DNA from: an uncultured virus (IMG/VR IMGVR_UViG_3300028895_001288)
Lineage: Duplodnaviria; Heunggongvirae; Uroviricota; Caudoviricetes
DNA: 64,000 nt
Direction: 5' to 3' (one strand)
Virus record (IMG/VR): IMGVR_UViG_3300028895_001288
Shown here: piece after piece, positions 9,253 to 18,821 of the stretch
Numbering within the stretch: the stretch's first letter is position 1
How the letters are laid out: each line of letters opens with the position of its first letter
Notes under the pieces: generated by a model
Told to the model about the DNA's origin: nothing
Databases searched by the model: none
The model's input: only the letters and a program-made list of their open reading frames with translations
Program-made: the position numbers and the translations under genes

Positions 9253-9651
9253 ATGGGCGACGAGACCAGGGAGAGGATCAACGCCTTCAAGGTCGGCTTT
9301 CTGAGAAAGCTGGCCGAGGAGGGCATCACGCCTGACGAGTTCCACGAGCACGTCAAGCAGGCCTTCGACCCCATGGCGGCGGCGGTCGCCGGGGCCGGGG
9401 GCGCTGCGGACGTCGGAACGAAGCTGGTGGGAGCGGGGGCCGACGTGGGCGGCGCGCTGCTGAAGAACCTGGCGTATGCCGGGGTGTTGGCGCCCATGGC
9501 GCTGGGCGGCACGGCCGGCGCGATCGAGGCCCGCTTGACCAGCCCGTCCGTGGAGGACGTGGAGGCCATGCGCCGCGCCGAACTGGCGGCCAAGTACGAG
9601 CAGATGGCCCGCGTGATCAGGCAAAGGCTTAGAGCCAAGAGAGGCGCTTGA
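9253..9651 (+). CDS. Hypothetical protein (AFKVGFLRKLA...VKQA, then Gly/Ala helices)
   Basis: GAGG RBS; codon bias like neighbours. Confidence 0.7.
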   Translation: MGDETRERINAFKVGFLRKLAEEGITPDEFHEHVKQAFDPMAAAVAGAGGAADVGTKLVGAGADVGGALLKNLAYAGVLAPMALGGTAGAIEARLTSPSVEDVEAMRRAELAAKYEQMARVIRQRLRAKRGA

Positions 9652-9653
9652 GC

Positions 9654-10109
9654 ATGTCTGGCAACAATGGAAACGGGAGCAAGGCGCCCGAGGTCGAACC
9701 GGTAGGAGAGGTTTCGGACATCAGCGCCGAGGAGTCGCAACAGGCCGAGCGGCAAAAGCAGGAAGATCTGGACCCGCAGTTGGTGGACCCGTACGGCATG
9801 CACGGCAAGGAGTCCATCCTGCCGGGCTTCGACGGCCTGCCTTTCCGGGGCCGCGTGCCGAACCTGAAGGAGACGGACCGGGTTCAGCCACAGGTCGCAG
9901 CGCAGGTCCACGTGCACGTGCTGGACCTGTCGAAGAGCGAGGACATGAAGCTGTACCGGAAGATCTGCCAGGTGGTCGGCAACGGTATGGGACAGATCTC
10001 CTTCGAGAAGCACGAGTACGACGAGGACATCAAGAACTGGCGCGTGTTCATCCGTTGGATGCTTAACTACGCGCACATGCCGTCCGAGTCCGGCAGCCTG
10101 TTCATGTGA
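9654..10109 (+). CDS. Hypothetical protein
   Basis: Operon-packed ORF with strong GC3 bias. Confidence 0.65.
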   Translation: MSGNNGNGSKAPEVEPVGEVSDISAEESQQAERQKQEDLDPQLVDPYGMHGKESILPGFDGLPFRGRVPNLKETDRVQPQVAAQVHVHVLDLSKSEDMKLYRKICQVVGNGMGQISFEKHEYDEDIKNWRVFIRWMLNYAHMPSESGSLFM

Positions 10110-10117
10110 GGTGAGCT

Positions 10118-10990
10118 ATGGGTGAATTCGCGAAACGGGCCGCCGAGGTCCTGGAGCCGTGGGAGCTGGAGCTGGAGCGCCAGCAGAAGAAGCTCTACAA
10201 GAAGATCCCGTCCTCCAAGGAAGAGGCCACCACTTCGGCGATCAACCGCATCAACGAGCTGCGCCAGAAGAGCTACATGGCCGGCTACCTGATGAGGCAT
10301 CTGCGTAGCGAGGAAGAGGAAACCAAGCGCCTGCTGCCGGAGGACTCGGTGGGCGTGCCCGGCAGGGAGATCTCCCTGGCGCTCCCTGAGAAGAAGGCTG
10401 GTGCGCTGGACGCGTTGACGCGCCCGCTGCGCGAGACGGCCGAAGACCTCAAGATGCACGCCTCCCAACGCATCGACGAGGAGAAGGAACGGCTCACACG
10501 CACCACGTCCGATCCCGGCACGCTGCCCTGGTACTACCCCATGATGGCGCTGACCGCCCCCAACGCCTTCGCCGAGGGGTTCCGCAAGGCGGAGAAGGAC
10601 ATCGACGCCGAGGAGCTGGCCCGCATCAACGAGCGGCTCGTCAAAGCCAAGGCCGAGTTCGAGAAGGCGCTCGAGGAGGAGTACAGCCAGTCGGGCAGCT
10701 TGAAGGTCAGCAGCGCCCGGGCTCAAAGCGCCGGCGAGATGATCGACGGGCTGGCGCAGATGCATGTCAAGTGCGCCGAGGGTGAGCTCAACCAGATCCT
10801 GGGCACCTACCTGGCGCTGGCCGCGCTGCTGGGTCAGGGCGCGCACATGACGGCCAAGGAATGGGCCGAGAAGCGCGACCCGAAGAGACAGAAGCTGAAA
10901 CTCGTGCGCGAGGCCGTGCGCCAGCGCATGCGTTCGTACATGCCACCCATCCGGGTGGAGGCCGGGGAACCTGGACTGGCCATAAGCTGA
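10118..10990 (+). CDS. Hypothetical helical protein with K-x-A sites
   Basis: GAGGTG RBS; AKRAA, EKKAG, VKCAE. Confidence 0.7.
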   Translation: MGEFAKRAAEVLEPWELELERQQKKLYKKIPSSKEEATTSAINRINELRQKSYMAGYLMRHLRSEEEETKRLLPEDSVGVPGREISLALPEKKAGALDALTRPLRETAEDLKMHASQRIDEEKERLTRTTSDPGTLPWYYPMMALTAPNAFAEGFRKAEKDIDAEELARINERLVKAKAEFEKALEEEYSQSGSLKVSSARAQSAGEMIDGLAQMHVKCAEGELNQILGTYLALAALLGQGAHMTAKEWAEKRDPKRQKLKLVREAVRQRMRSYMPPIRVEAGEPGLAIS

Positions 10991-11004
10991 CACGGGGTCC
11001 TCAC

Positions 11005-14000
11005 ATGCCTGAAGCCCTTCTCAATGACACGCTGAGCGCGCCGGTCAAACCAAAACCGGCCGTCACGCATCGCACGTTCGACGACGTGGACACCATGCGC
11101 GGCTCCATCTTCGACGGGGTGCTCGACGCCGTGGCCAAGAAGTACCCGGTCGAGAACACCCGCTATCGCATGGAAGTGGCTGATCTGGGCTACGGCAAGG
11201 ACAAGCCTTACTCCCTGGAAGACCAGAAAAAAGCGATCATGACGGGCCAGACGATGACCCGTCAGCTGTCCGGCACCTGGCGCCTGGTCGATAAGGAGTC
11301 GGGCAAGGTCGTCGATTCAAAGAAGGCCGTGATCGCACACGTGCCCTATGTCACGCCTCGGGGCACCTTCATCTACCGCGGCAACGAGTACACCATCTCC
11401 AACCAGATGCGCCTCAAGCCCGGGGTCTACTCCCGCGTCAAGGACAACGGCATGATCGAGGCCCACTTCAACGTGGCGCCCGGCACCGGCCCGTCCTTCC
11501 GCATGTACATGGAGCCGGACACCGGCATCTTCCGCCTGGCCGTGGGCCAGTCGACGCTGAAGATGTACCCGATCCTGAAGGCCATGGGCGTGCCCGACCG
11601 CGAGATCGAGCAGATCTGGGGAAAGGAGCTCCTGCAGAAGAACACCGAGGCGGCCGACCCGCGCGCCGTCTCCCGCGCCTTCGCCAAGCTGGTGGCGACC
11701 CGCGCGGACCAGCCGGGCATCGACGCCGACCGGGAAGGGCTGGCCAAAGTCGCCCAGTTCACCCAGGTGGACAACGACCTGGTCGTGGGGCCTTCGCGGG
11801 TCCACGGCAACGGCTTGTACACGCAGCAGCCCGTCCCGGCCGGCACGCGCGTCACGCCGGCCTACATCCGCATCGGCATGACCGGCGACACCGAGGCCGA
11901 CTTCGTGCGTTCCGGGCCGGCGCTGTGGGTCAATCACCAGCCCGACGACATGGCCAACACGGTCACGGCCGTAGCACCCGACGGGCGCATGGCCAACCTG
12001 ATCGCCACCCGCGACATCGAGCCGTGGGAGGAGATCACCTGCGACTACGCCAAGAACCACGACACGCTGACGGACTGGGTCAAGCAGCTGTACGACATGG
12101 ACGAGATGGAGGCCGAGAGGTCGATCTCCAAGATCGCCATGTCGAAGACGGCGGCCAAGATCCCGACCGTGGCCGTGGACCTGGACGGCACGCTGGCCGA
12201 GATGTACGAGTCCTTCGATCCCAAGAAGATCCCCGACCCCCGCCCCGGCGCGCGCAAGGCCATGAAGAAGTTCCAGGACAAGGGCTACCGGGTCCTGATC
12301 CACACCGTGCGGGGCGACGACCAGCTGACCAAGGACTGGTTGCACAAGCACGACATCCCCTACGACTACGTCAACGAGAACCCGGACCAGCCCGACACTG
12401 CATCCGACAAGCTGATCGCCGACGCCTACGTGGACGACCGCGGCGTGCAGGGTGCGCAGGCCTGGCACAAGATCGAGCAACAGGTCTCCGCCAAGCTGGA
12501 GAAGGAAGCCAAGATCGGTTTCAAGGACCAGGAGATGCGGTGGACGAAGTTGTGGTTCCACGGCACCGTGCGGGCCCAGCGCCAGGGCAACGACGGCAAA
12601 CCGTGGGTCTATGTCCAGGTCCACAAGGGGCTTATGGACGCTGCTCGGGACAGCCTCGCCAATGAAGGCGTGGACATCGAGAAGAACCCCAACGACCCGC
12701 ACATCACGCTTCTGCGCTCCAGCGAAGCCCAGGAGCTGATCGACCGGCACGGCGAGGAGCAGTGGAAGGGCGCGGCCAAGGACGGCAAGTCCATACGCTT
12801 CGCGCTCAGGCGCATGATGTCCCTGATCCCGGACGGGTGGGACGGCGTGGACCGGGTCTGGTTCATCGAGGTGGAGAGCCCGGACTTGAAGAAGTACCGG
12901 CGCGATCTGGGTTTTCCCGAGCTGCCCATCGGCGACAACGGCAACGAGCACCGCTTCCACATCACCTTTGCCATCCACCGCTCCAAGAACGAGCCCAAGC
13001 GCGCGGCGTACCTGCTTTCCGGTGCCGGCATCGGAATCGTGGAGCGCGCCTTTGAGAAGGCCGCCGGGGCCACCGACCAGGGCATCGAGCTCAACCAGGT
13101 CTTCGACCGCATGGAGCTGGACCCTGACGTGACCAAGTCCACGGTCGGTGAGGGCTTCAAGAACGCCGGCATCCCGACGCTGCTCAGGGTCAGCCAGAAG
13201 CTCCTGAACATTTCAAAGGGGATGGAGGACACCGACGACCGGGACTCGCTGGCCTACCAGAAGCTGTACGGTCCCGAGGACTTCTTCACCGAGCGCGTGA
13301 ACCGCGACGCCGGCCAGACCGGCCGGAAGCTGTTGTGGCGCGCCACGCTGCGGGGCAACCTGAAACACGTGCCTACGGGGGCGCTTTCCGGGCAAATGTT
13401 CGGCGTGCTGCTGAGAAGCGGCATGGGGATGAGTCTCGAAGAGACCAACCCCATGGACATCATGGACCAGAACCTCCGCGTGATCCGCCTGGGCGAGGGC
13501 GGCATTCCGTCGCTGGACTCGGTGCCGGAGGAGAGCCGAAACGTCCAGCCCAGCCACTTCGCCTACCTGGACCCGATCAGAAGCCCGGAGAGCGAGAAGA
13601 TCGGCGTGGACTCGCGCGTGTCCCATCGCGTGATGAAGGGTTCCGACGGGCAGTTCCACGCGCCCATGTTCAACCCGAAGACAGGCAAGGAGGAGATGGT
13701 CTCCGCGGCAAAGGCGGCCGAGTCGGTGGTGGCCTTTCCGGGCGAGCTGAACAAGAAGCGCGGCAAGGTCAGGGCCATGGTCAAGTCCAGGCAGGTCCAG
13801 TACGTGGACCGCAAGGACGTGGACTACGAGGTCGAAGACCCCAACCAGATGTTCACGCTCAGCTCCAACCTGGTTCCCCTGGTGTCGGGCATCAAGGGCG
13901 GGCGCCTGCTGATGGGCGCCAAGTACTTCACCCAGGCGCTGCCCCTGCGCGAGCGGGAGGCCCCGCTGGTCCGCAACCTGGAGAGGAGCGGCAAGTCCTT

Positions 14001-17000
14001 TGACGAGCTGTACGGGGACCGGGTGGGTGCCATACGCGCGCAGGCTCCGGGTGTGGTGACCTCGATGAACAAGAACGGCATCAAGGTCAAGTACGCCGAC
14101 GGGACCACCAAGGAGCATGAGCTGTATCGCAACTTCCCCTTCAACCGGAAGAGCCTGACCGGGGATTGCGAGGTGCTGATCAAGCGTAACGGCGAACTCC
14201 TTGTTACGCGACTGGACGCCTACGAATTCGAGCAGGGGGACCTGACGCTGTCGATCGACCCTGAAACGAAGTTGTCCGCATGGATGGAGGTAACTGGCTA
14301 TACGCGTCACGAGTGTGACAAGCGCCTGTACCGGGTCAAAACGGATTCAGGCAGAGCCTTCACAATAACTGAGGATCACAGCTTGATGGTGATGGGCCCT
14401 GAAGGCGATCTCGTCCCCGCTTACCCAAGCGCTTGCGTCGTTGGGCACACGCGCATACCCGTGGCGCTGCCTCGTTTTGAAGGGTGTCGCGGATTTTTCG
14501 GCGAGGACAAGCTGGGAACGTTGACCGGCCTGTACCTGGCGGAAGGACATATTCCTCAGAACCAGCCCAATCTCATCATCATAGCGGTTGCGCCGGAAGA
14601 GCGGGCAGACGAGGTAATGCGGCTGTTTCGCGAACTTGGCTGCAAACCTTTCAGGAACGGCGGTTCCGTGTGCGCTACCGATGCTGATTTGAGCAAGTTT
14701 CTCATAAAGAACTGCGGACACCTTTCGCACGGCAAGTTTATCGGCCGACAGCTGATGAATGCCAACATGTCGTTCAAACAGGCTCTGTTACAAGGCTATT
14801 TGGCCGGCGACGGCAACTTGTGGGCGGACAGAAACGGCACTGTTCAGCTCACGGCAGTGACCGTATCCAAACGTCTTCGCGACGATCTGGTCGTTCTCGC
14901 GGGCACTTTGGGAGTCTTCACGACGCTTTTCGACGTACCCCGTGACAACGAGGCATGGCGTGACGGCTACGGGCTGCGCTTCCCGAACAAGGAATTGAAG
15001 CGGACGCGGTGGATGTTCTACGAGGACCGTCAACGCCTGCTCGACGCGTTGGTTAGGGAGAACACGCGCGCGTCCAAGTTTGACGTGGTTCCGGTGCCAC
15101 GGGAAGCGCGTAAAGCCTTGTATGGCGAGTTGGAAACTGTGCCGCATTTCGTCTACAAAACGGTTAACAAGGGCTACGTGGCGAAACACAGAGTGCGTAC
15201 GGGGTCTGGTGTTTTTGGAAAGTGGGGCGCCTCCGACGTGTCCTGGGACCGGATCAAGTCGATTACGGAGGTGCCCAGCGAGGAATATGTTTATGACCTG
15301 TCCGTGGCGGCATCCGAGGCTTTTGCGGTAAACGGCGGCGTCGTTGTCCACAACACGTTCATCCACAACACCCCGACCGTTAAGATCGGGGACCGGGTCC
15401 GCAAGGGGCAGTTGCTGGCCACCAGCAACTACACGGACGACCAGGGCGCGCTGGCGCTGGGCACCAACCTGCGCACCGCCTACGTGCCCTACAAGGGCCT
15501 CAACTTCGAGGACGCCATTGTCATCTCCGAGTCGGCGGCCAAGCGGCTCTCCAGCGAGCACATGTACCAGCACACGCTCGACAAGGAGGACGACACGGTC
15601 ACGGGGCGCAAGCAGTTCGTCTCGATCTACCCGACGACCTTCAACCGCAAGCAGCTAGGCGCGCTGGACGAGCGCGGCGTGGCCAAGGTGGGCACCACCA
15701 TCAAGTACGGCGACCCCGTGGTGCTGTCCATGCGCAAGAACCAACCCTCGGCCGTGCATCGGGGCCGCAAGCCCATGTACACCGACACCTCCATCACCTG
15801 GGATCACGAGTCCCCGGGCATGGTGACCGGCGTGGACGAGACGGACGACGGCGGCTTCAACGTGACGGTGAAGGCCTACATGCCGGCACAGGAGGGGGAC
15901 AAGCTGGCCGGCCGCTACGGCGACAAGGGCGTGATCTCCAAGGTCGTGCCCGACGACCAGATGATGCACGACCGGGACGGCAAGCCCTACGAGATCCTGC
16001 TCAACCCGTTGGGCATCATCACGCGCGGCAACCCCTCCCAGGTGTACGAGACGCTGCTGGGCAAGGTGGCCCGCAAGCGGGGCAAGCCCATTAGTGTGCC
16101 GGGCTTCATGGACGAGAGCATGGTGGACTACGTGCGGAAGGAGCTCAGCCGGGAGCGGATGAAGTCGCATGAGGACCTCTACGACCCGACCACCAACCGC
16201 AAGGTGCCGGACATCCTGACCGGGGACCGCTTCATCTTCAAGCTGCACCACACCGCCGAGTCCAAGGGCAAGGGCCGCGACGTGGGCGCCTACACCTCCG
16301 AGGGCATCCCGGCCAAGGGCGGCGAGTTGGGCTCAAAGCGGGTCAGCAACATGGAGCAGAACGCCCTGCTGTCCCATGGCGCGACCGGCGTGCTGCGCGA
16401 CGCCCAGGTGGTCAGGGGCCAGCGCAACGACGACTTCTGGCGGGCCTTCAGGATGGGCTACACGCCCCCCTCGCCGAGCGTGCCCATGGTCTACGACAAG
16501 TTCCTCAACCACCTGCGCGGCGCCGGCATCAACGTCAAGAAGAACGGCGACCGGACGCAGCTGCTGGCCATGACCGACAAGGACGTGGACGAGATGACCA
16601 GCGGGGAGATCACCGAGGCCAAGACGGTGGACTCCGACACGCTCAAGGAGATCGACGGTGGGCTGTTCGATCGCGGGCTCACCGGAGGGCACGGGGGCAG
16701 CCGCTGGAGCCATATAAAACTGGCCGAACCCATGCCCAATCCCGTGATGGAAGAGCCCATTCGTCGCATGTTGGGCCTGACCAAGGTCAAGTTCGAGGAG
16801 GTCCTGCAGGGCAAGGAGGACATCGGCGGCGAGACGGGCACCAAGGCCATCGGGGCGGCGCTGAAGCGCATCAACCTGGACGAGGCCATCGACAACGCCA
16901 AGCTGATCATCAAGGACGGCGCGAAGTCCAAGCGGGACAACGCGGTCAAGACGCTGGGCTACTACGAGACGCTCAAGAAGGCCGGGATGAAGCCCAGCGA

Positions 17001-17937
17001 CCTGATGCTCTCCAAGGTGCCGGTGCTGCCGCCGTCCATGCGCCCGATCACCCAGTACCGGTCCATGCAGCTCTCGGCCGACCCGAACTTCCTGTACCGG
17101 GACCTGATCAACGCCAACACGGACCTCAAGGAGATCTCGTCCGAGCTGGGCCGCAGGCACGGCGGCAGGGCGCGGTTGCGCACCTACCACGCCTTCAAGG
17201 CCGTGACCGGCCTGGGCGACCCCGTGCAGGCCAAGACCCAGGAGAAGCGGGTCAAGGGTCTCCTGGCCCACGTCTTCGGCTCCAGCCCGAAGTTCGGGAT
17301 GTTCCAGCGCCGGGTGCTGGGCAGCCCCGTGGACGTGGTGGGCCGGGCGGCGATCACGCCCAACCCGAGCCTGAGCATGGACCAGGTGGGCATCCCCGAG
17401 GACAAGGTCTGGACGATCTACCGGCCCTTCGTGGTCCGGCGCCTGATCCGCCGCGGCATGCCGGCGATGGACGCGGCCAAGGCTGCGGCCAACCGCACGG
17501 AGGTGGCGGCCAACGCGCTGCAGGAGGAGATTTCCACGCGGCCCGTTCTGATCAACCGCGCGCCCACGCTGCACCGCTACGGGTTCATGGCGGCCTGGCC
17601 GGTGCTGACCAAGGGCAAGACCCTGCAGGTCTCCCCGACCACGGTGGGCGGCTTCAACGCGGACTTCGACGGCGACGCGATGAACTACCACGTGCCGGTG
17701 ACCGACGAGGCCGTCGCTGACGCGGTGGACAAGATGCTGCCCAGCAAGAACCTGAAGTCCGCGAGGTTCTTCAAGACCCATTACGTGCCCGTCAACGAGT
17801 TCCTGATGGGCCTGTACCTGGCCAGTACGGCCAAGAGCGACAAGCCGTTACGGGTGTTCCGGGACAAGAAGGACGTGCTGGCTGCCTACCAGCGCGGGGA
17901 CATCGGCCTGGGAGACCGTGTTTCCATAAGGAGCTGA
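11005..17937 (+). CDS. rpoB: Phage multisubunit RNA polymerase: beta fused to N-terminal half of beta', with inserted SET, HAD and 2H domains and an intein (2310 aa precursor)
   Basis: Beta motifs: GTFIYRGNEY, DDRDSL, RNVQPSH...SPESEKIG, RLLMGA, GLNFEDAI, GDKLAGRYGDKG, NPLG, KLHH. Beta' motifs: GLFD, HIKLAEP, VPVLPPSMRP, NRAPTLHR and catalytic NADFDGD (17656-17676). Confidence 0.95.
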   Translation: MPEALLNDTLSAPVKPKPAVTHRTFDDVDTMRGSIFDGVLDAVAKKYPVENTRYRMEVADLGYGKDKPYSLEDQKKAIMTGQTMTRQLSGTWRLVDKESGKVVDSKKAVIAHVPYVTPRGTFIYRGNEYTISNQMRLKPGVYSRVKDNGMIEAHFNVAPGTGPSFRMYMEPDTGIFRLAVGQSTLKMYPILKAMGVPDREIEQIWGKELLQKNTEAADPRAVSRAFAKLVATRADQPGIDADREGLAKVAQFTQVDNDLVVGPSRVHGNGLYTQQPVPAGTRVTPAYIRIGMTGDTEADFVRSGPALWVNHQPDDMANTVTAVAPDGRMANLIATRDIEPWEEITCDYAKNHDTLTDWVKQLYDMDEMEAERSISKIAMSKTAAKIPTVAVDLDGTLAEMYESFDPKKIPDPRPGARKAMKKFQDKGYRVLIHTVRGDDQLTKDWLHKHDIPYDYVNENPDQPDTASDKLIADAYVDDRGVQGAQAWHKIEQQVSAKLEKEAKIGFKDQEMRWTKLWFHGTVRAQRQGNDGKPWVYVQVHKGLMDAARDSLANEGVDIEKNPNDPHITLLRSSEAQELIDRHGEEQWKGAAKDGKSIRFALRRMMSLIPDGWDGVDRVWFIEVESPDLKKYRRDLGFPELPIGDNGNEHRFHITFAIHRSKNEPKRAAYLLSGAGIGIVERAFEKAAGATDQGIELNQVFDRMELDPDVTKSTVGEGFKNAGIPTLLRVSQKLLNISKGMEDTDDRDSLAYQKLYGPEDFFTERVNRDAGQTGRKLLWRATLRGNLKHVPTGALSGQMFGVLLRSGMGMSLEETNPMDIMDQNLRVIRLGEGGIPSLDSVPEESRNVQPSHFAYLDPIRSPESEKIGVDSRVSHRVMKGSDGQFHAPMFNPKTGKEEMVSAAKAAESVVAFPGELNKKRGKVRAMVKSRQVQYVDRKDVDYEVEDPNQMFTLSSNLVPLVSGIKGGRLLMGAKYFTQALPLREREAPLVRNLERSGKSFDELYGDRVGAIRAQAPGVVTSMNKNGIKVKYADGTTKEHELYRNFPFNRKSLTGDCEVLIKRNGELLVTRLDAYEFEQGDLTLSIDPETKLSAWMEVTGYTRHECDKRLYRVKTDSGRAFTITEDHSLMVMGPEGDLVPAYPSACVVGHTRIPVALPRFEGCRGFFGEDKLGTLTGLYLAEGHIPQNQPNLIIIAVAPEERADEVMRLFRELGCKPFRNGGSVCATDADLSKFLIKNCGHLSHGKFIGRQLMNANMSFKQALLQGYLAGDGNLWADRNGTVQLTAVTVSKRLRDDLVVLAGTLGVFTTLFDVPRDNEAWRDGYGLRFPNKELKRTRWMFYEDRQRLLDALVRENTRASKFDVVPVPREARKALYGELETVPHFVYKTVNKGYVAKHRVRTGSGVFGKWGASDVSWDRIKSITEVPSEEYVYDLSVAASEAFAVNGGVVVHNTFIHNTPTVKIGDRVRKGQLLATSNYTDDQGALALGTNLRTAYVPYKGLNFEDAIVISESAAKRLSSEHMYQHTLDKEDDTVTGRKQFVSIYPTTFNRKQLGALDERGVAKVGTTIKYGDPVVLSMRKNQPSAVHRGRKPMYTDTSITWDHESPGMVTGVDETDDGGFNVTVKAYMPAQEGDKLAGRYGDKGVISKVVPDDQMMHDRDGKPYEILLNPLGIITRGNPSQVYETLLGKVARKRGKPISVPGFMDESMVDYVRKELSRERMKSHEDLYDPTTNRKVPDILTGDRFIFKLHHTAESKGKGRDVGAYTSEGIPAKGGELGSKRVSNMEQNALLSHGATGVLRDAQVVRGQRNDDFWRAFRMGYTPPSPSVPMVYDKFLNHLRGAGINVKKNGDRTQLLAMTDKDVDEMTSGEITEAKTVDSDTLKEIDGGLFDRGLTGGHGGSRWSHIKLAEPMPNPVMEEPIRRMLGLTKVKFEEVLQGKEDIGGETGTKAIGAALKRINLDEAIDNAKLIIKDGAKSKRDNAVKTLGYYETLKKAGMKPSDLMLSKVPVLPPSMRPITQYRSMQLSADPNFLYRDLINANTDLKEISSELGRRHGGRARLRTYHAFKAVTGLGDPVQAKTQEKRVKGLLAHVFGSSPKFGMFQRRVLGSPVDVVGRAAITPNPSLSMDQVGIPEDKVWTIYRPFVVRRLIRRGMPAMDAAKAAANRTEVAANALQEEISTRPVLINRAPTLHRYGFMAAWPVLTKGKTLQVSPTTVGGFNADFDGDAMNYHVPVTDEAVADAVDKMLPSKNLKSARFFKTHYVPVNEFLMGLYLASTAKSDKPLRVFRDKKDVLAAYQRGDIGLGDRVSIRS
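11779..12048 (+). other. SET-domain (lysine methyltransferase fold) insert within RNAP beta
   Basis: SRVHGNGLYT...WVNHQPD...N...ATRDIEPWEEITCDY matches the SET GxG, NHxxxxN and EE(L/I)TxDY motifs. Confidence 0.85.
12166..12444 (+). other. HAD-superfamily phosphatase insert within RNAP beta
   Basis: VAVDLDGTL (motif I), LIHTVR (motif II), K...YVDDRG (motifs III/IV). Confidence 0.85.
12550..12980 (+). other. 2H phosphoesterase insert within RNAP beta
   Basis: Two HxT motifs: PHITLL (His at 12700) and FHITFA (His at 12958), about 85 aa apart. Confidence 0.75.
14152..15354 (+). mobile_element. Intein with LAGLIDADG homing endonuclease (401 aa) in RNAP beta
   Basis: Block A SLTGDCEV, block B TITEDHSL, LAGLIDADG-like GLYLAEGH and GYLAGDGN, block F/G YVYDLSV...VVVHN followed by +1 Thr; visibly lower GC than flanks. 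Confidence 0.92.
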
Positions 17938-17962
17938 CAAACAACGTATCGGACCCTATAAT
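17934..17962 (+). promoter_or_regulatory. sigma70-like promoter
   Basis: CTGACA-17 bp-TATAAT directly after the RNAP stop codon. Confidence 0.55.
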
Positions 17963-17992
17963 CCGCTGCGTTGATGCACAGGGAGAACTATC

Positions 17993-18619
17993 ATGTCCGC
18001 GTCCAAAGGTGTTGCCAAGAAGGTGCTGCCCAAGCCGAAAGGCAAGGAGGGGAAGATTCTCGTGACCACGCCCAAGCCCGACAAGGTTTCCGTACAGGCG
18101 GTCAAGACGTCCGCGCTGCGCCGAGCAGAGATCCTCAGCCTGATCACCAAGGAAGGTTTCGGCTTTGCCACGAAGGAGGGTAGCGCTGCCAAGGGGCTCG
18201 TGAACGCTGCCGGCAAGCTGCGCTCCGGGGCTCGAAAGGGCCTCAAGTCTTACGGCAAACTGGTCGGTAGCAAGACGAAGCCCGGAATTGCTACAGACAA
18301 GGAACGGAAGTTGTTCAACAAGGCCAAGAAGAAGGGCGTCAAGAGCAAGAAAGGCGCCAAGGCTCTCGATAAGTTCAAGCGCGAGGCTTCCAAGAAGACC
18401 GTGAAGCACTTGAACCGTTCGCAGAAATTCTTCGGAAAGCTGAAGGACGACAAAGGCAATCGCATTAAACTCAGCTCCGCTCAGCTGTTGGGCCACTTCC
18501 TGAAAAGGGCGCTGACCAAGCAGGGTTCGGAGCAGATCATCAAGCAGGCTTCGGACCGCGAACGGGCGGCCCGTGTGCTTTCAGCCGTCCACAAGGCGGC
18601 ACGCAGCTATGGACGCTAA
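17993..18619 (+). CDS. Very Lys-rich basic protein (possible DNA-condensing core protein)
   Basis: GGGAG RBS; high Lys content; HFLKRA and IIKQAS sites. Confidence 0.7.
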   Translation: MSASKGVAKKVLPKPKGKEGKILVTTPKPDKVSVQAVKTSALRRAEILSLITKEGFGFATKEGSAAKGLVNAAGKLRSGARKGLKSYGKLVGSKTKPGIATDKERKLFNKAKKKGVKSKKGAKALDKFKREASKKTVKHLNRSQKFFGKLKDDKGNRIKLSSAQLLGHFLKRALTKQGSEQIIKQASDRERAARVLSAVHKAARSYGR

Positions 18620-18821
18620 GGCGTACCTCATCAAGCAGGCGCTGGGGATGAGTGGCCTCCAGATGCAGATGGAGATGCCCTTTTCACCACCCCGGCCCGT
18701 GGCGCACATGGACACGCTGGAGGACCGCCGTACCCGGGAAAAGATGCTGGCGGACCTGCCGCCATCCAGACGTGAGGGGATCTTAAGGGCCATACAGGCC
18801 AGAATGAGGGCCAGACGATGA
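18609..18821 (+). CDS. Leader-family small protein (MDAKAYLIKQA...)
   Basis: Shared N-terminal leader; overlaps both neighbours. Confidence 0.7.
   Translation: MDAKAYLIKQALGMSGLQMQMEMPFSPPRPVAHMDTLEDRRTREKMLADLPPSRREGILRAIQARMRARR

Noticed and set aside
10861..11004. ORF-finder N-terminal extension of the RNAP (also the extensions at 1704, 6305, 23439, 27425, 38028, 40057, 53467, 60949)
   Set aside because: They overlap upstream genes; downstream starts with RBS or stop-start coupling are more plausible
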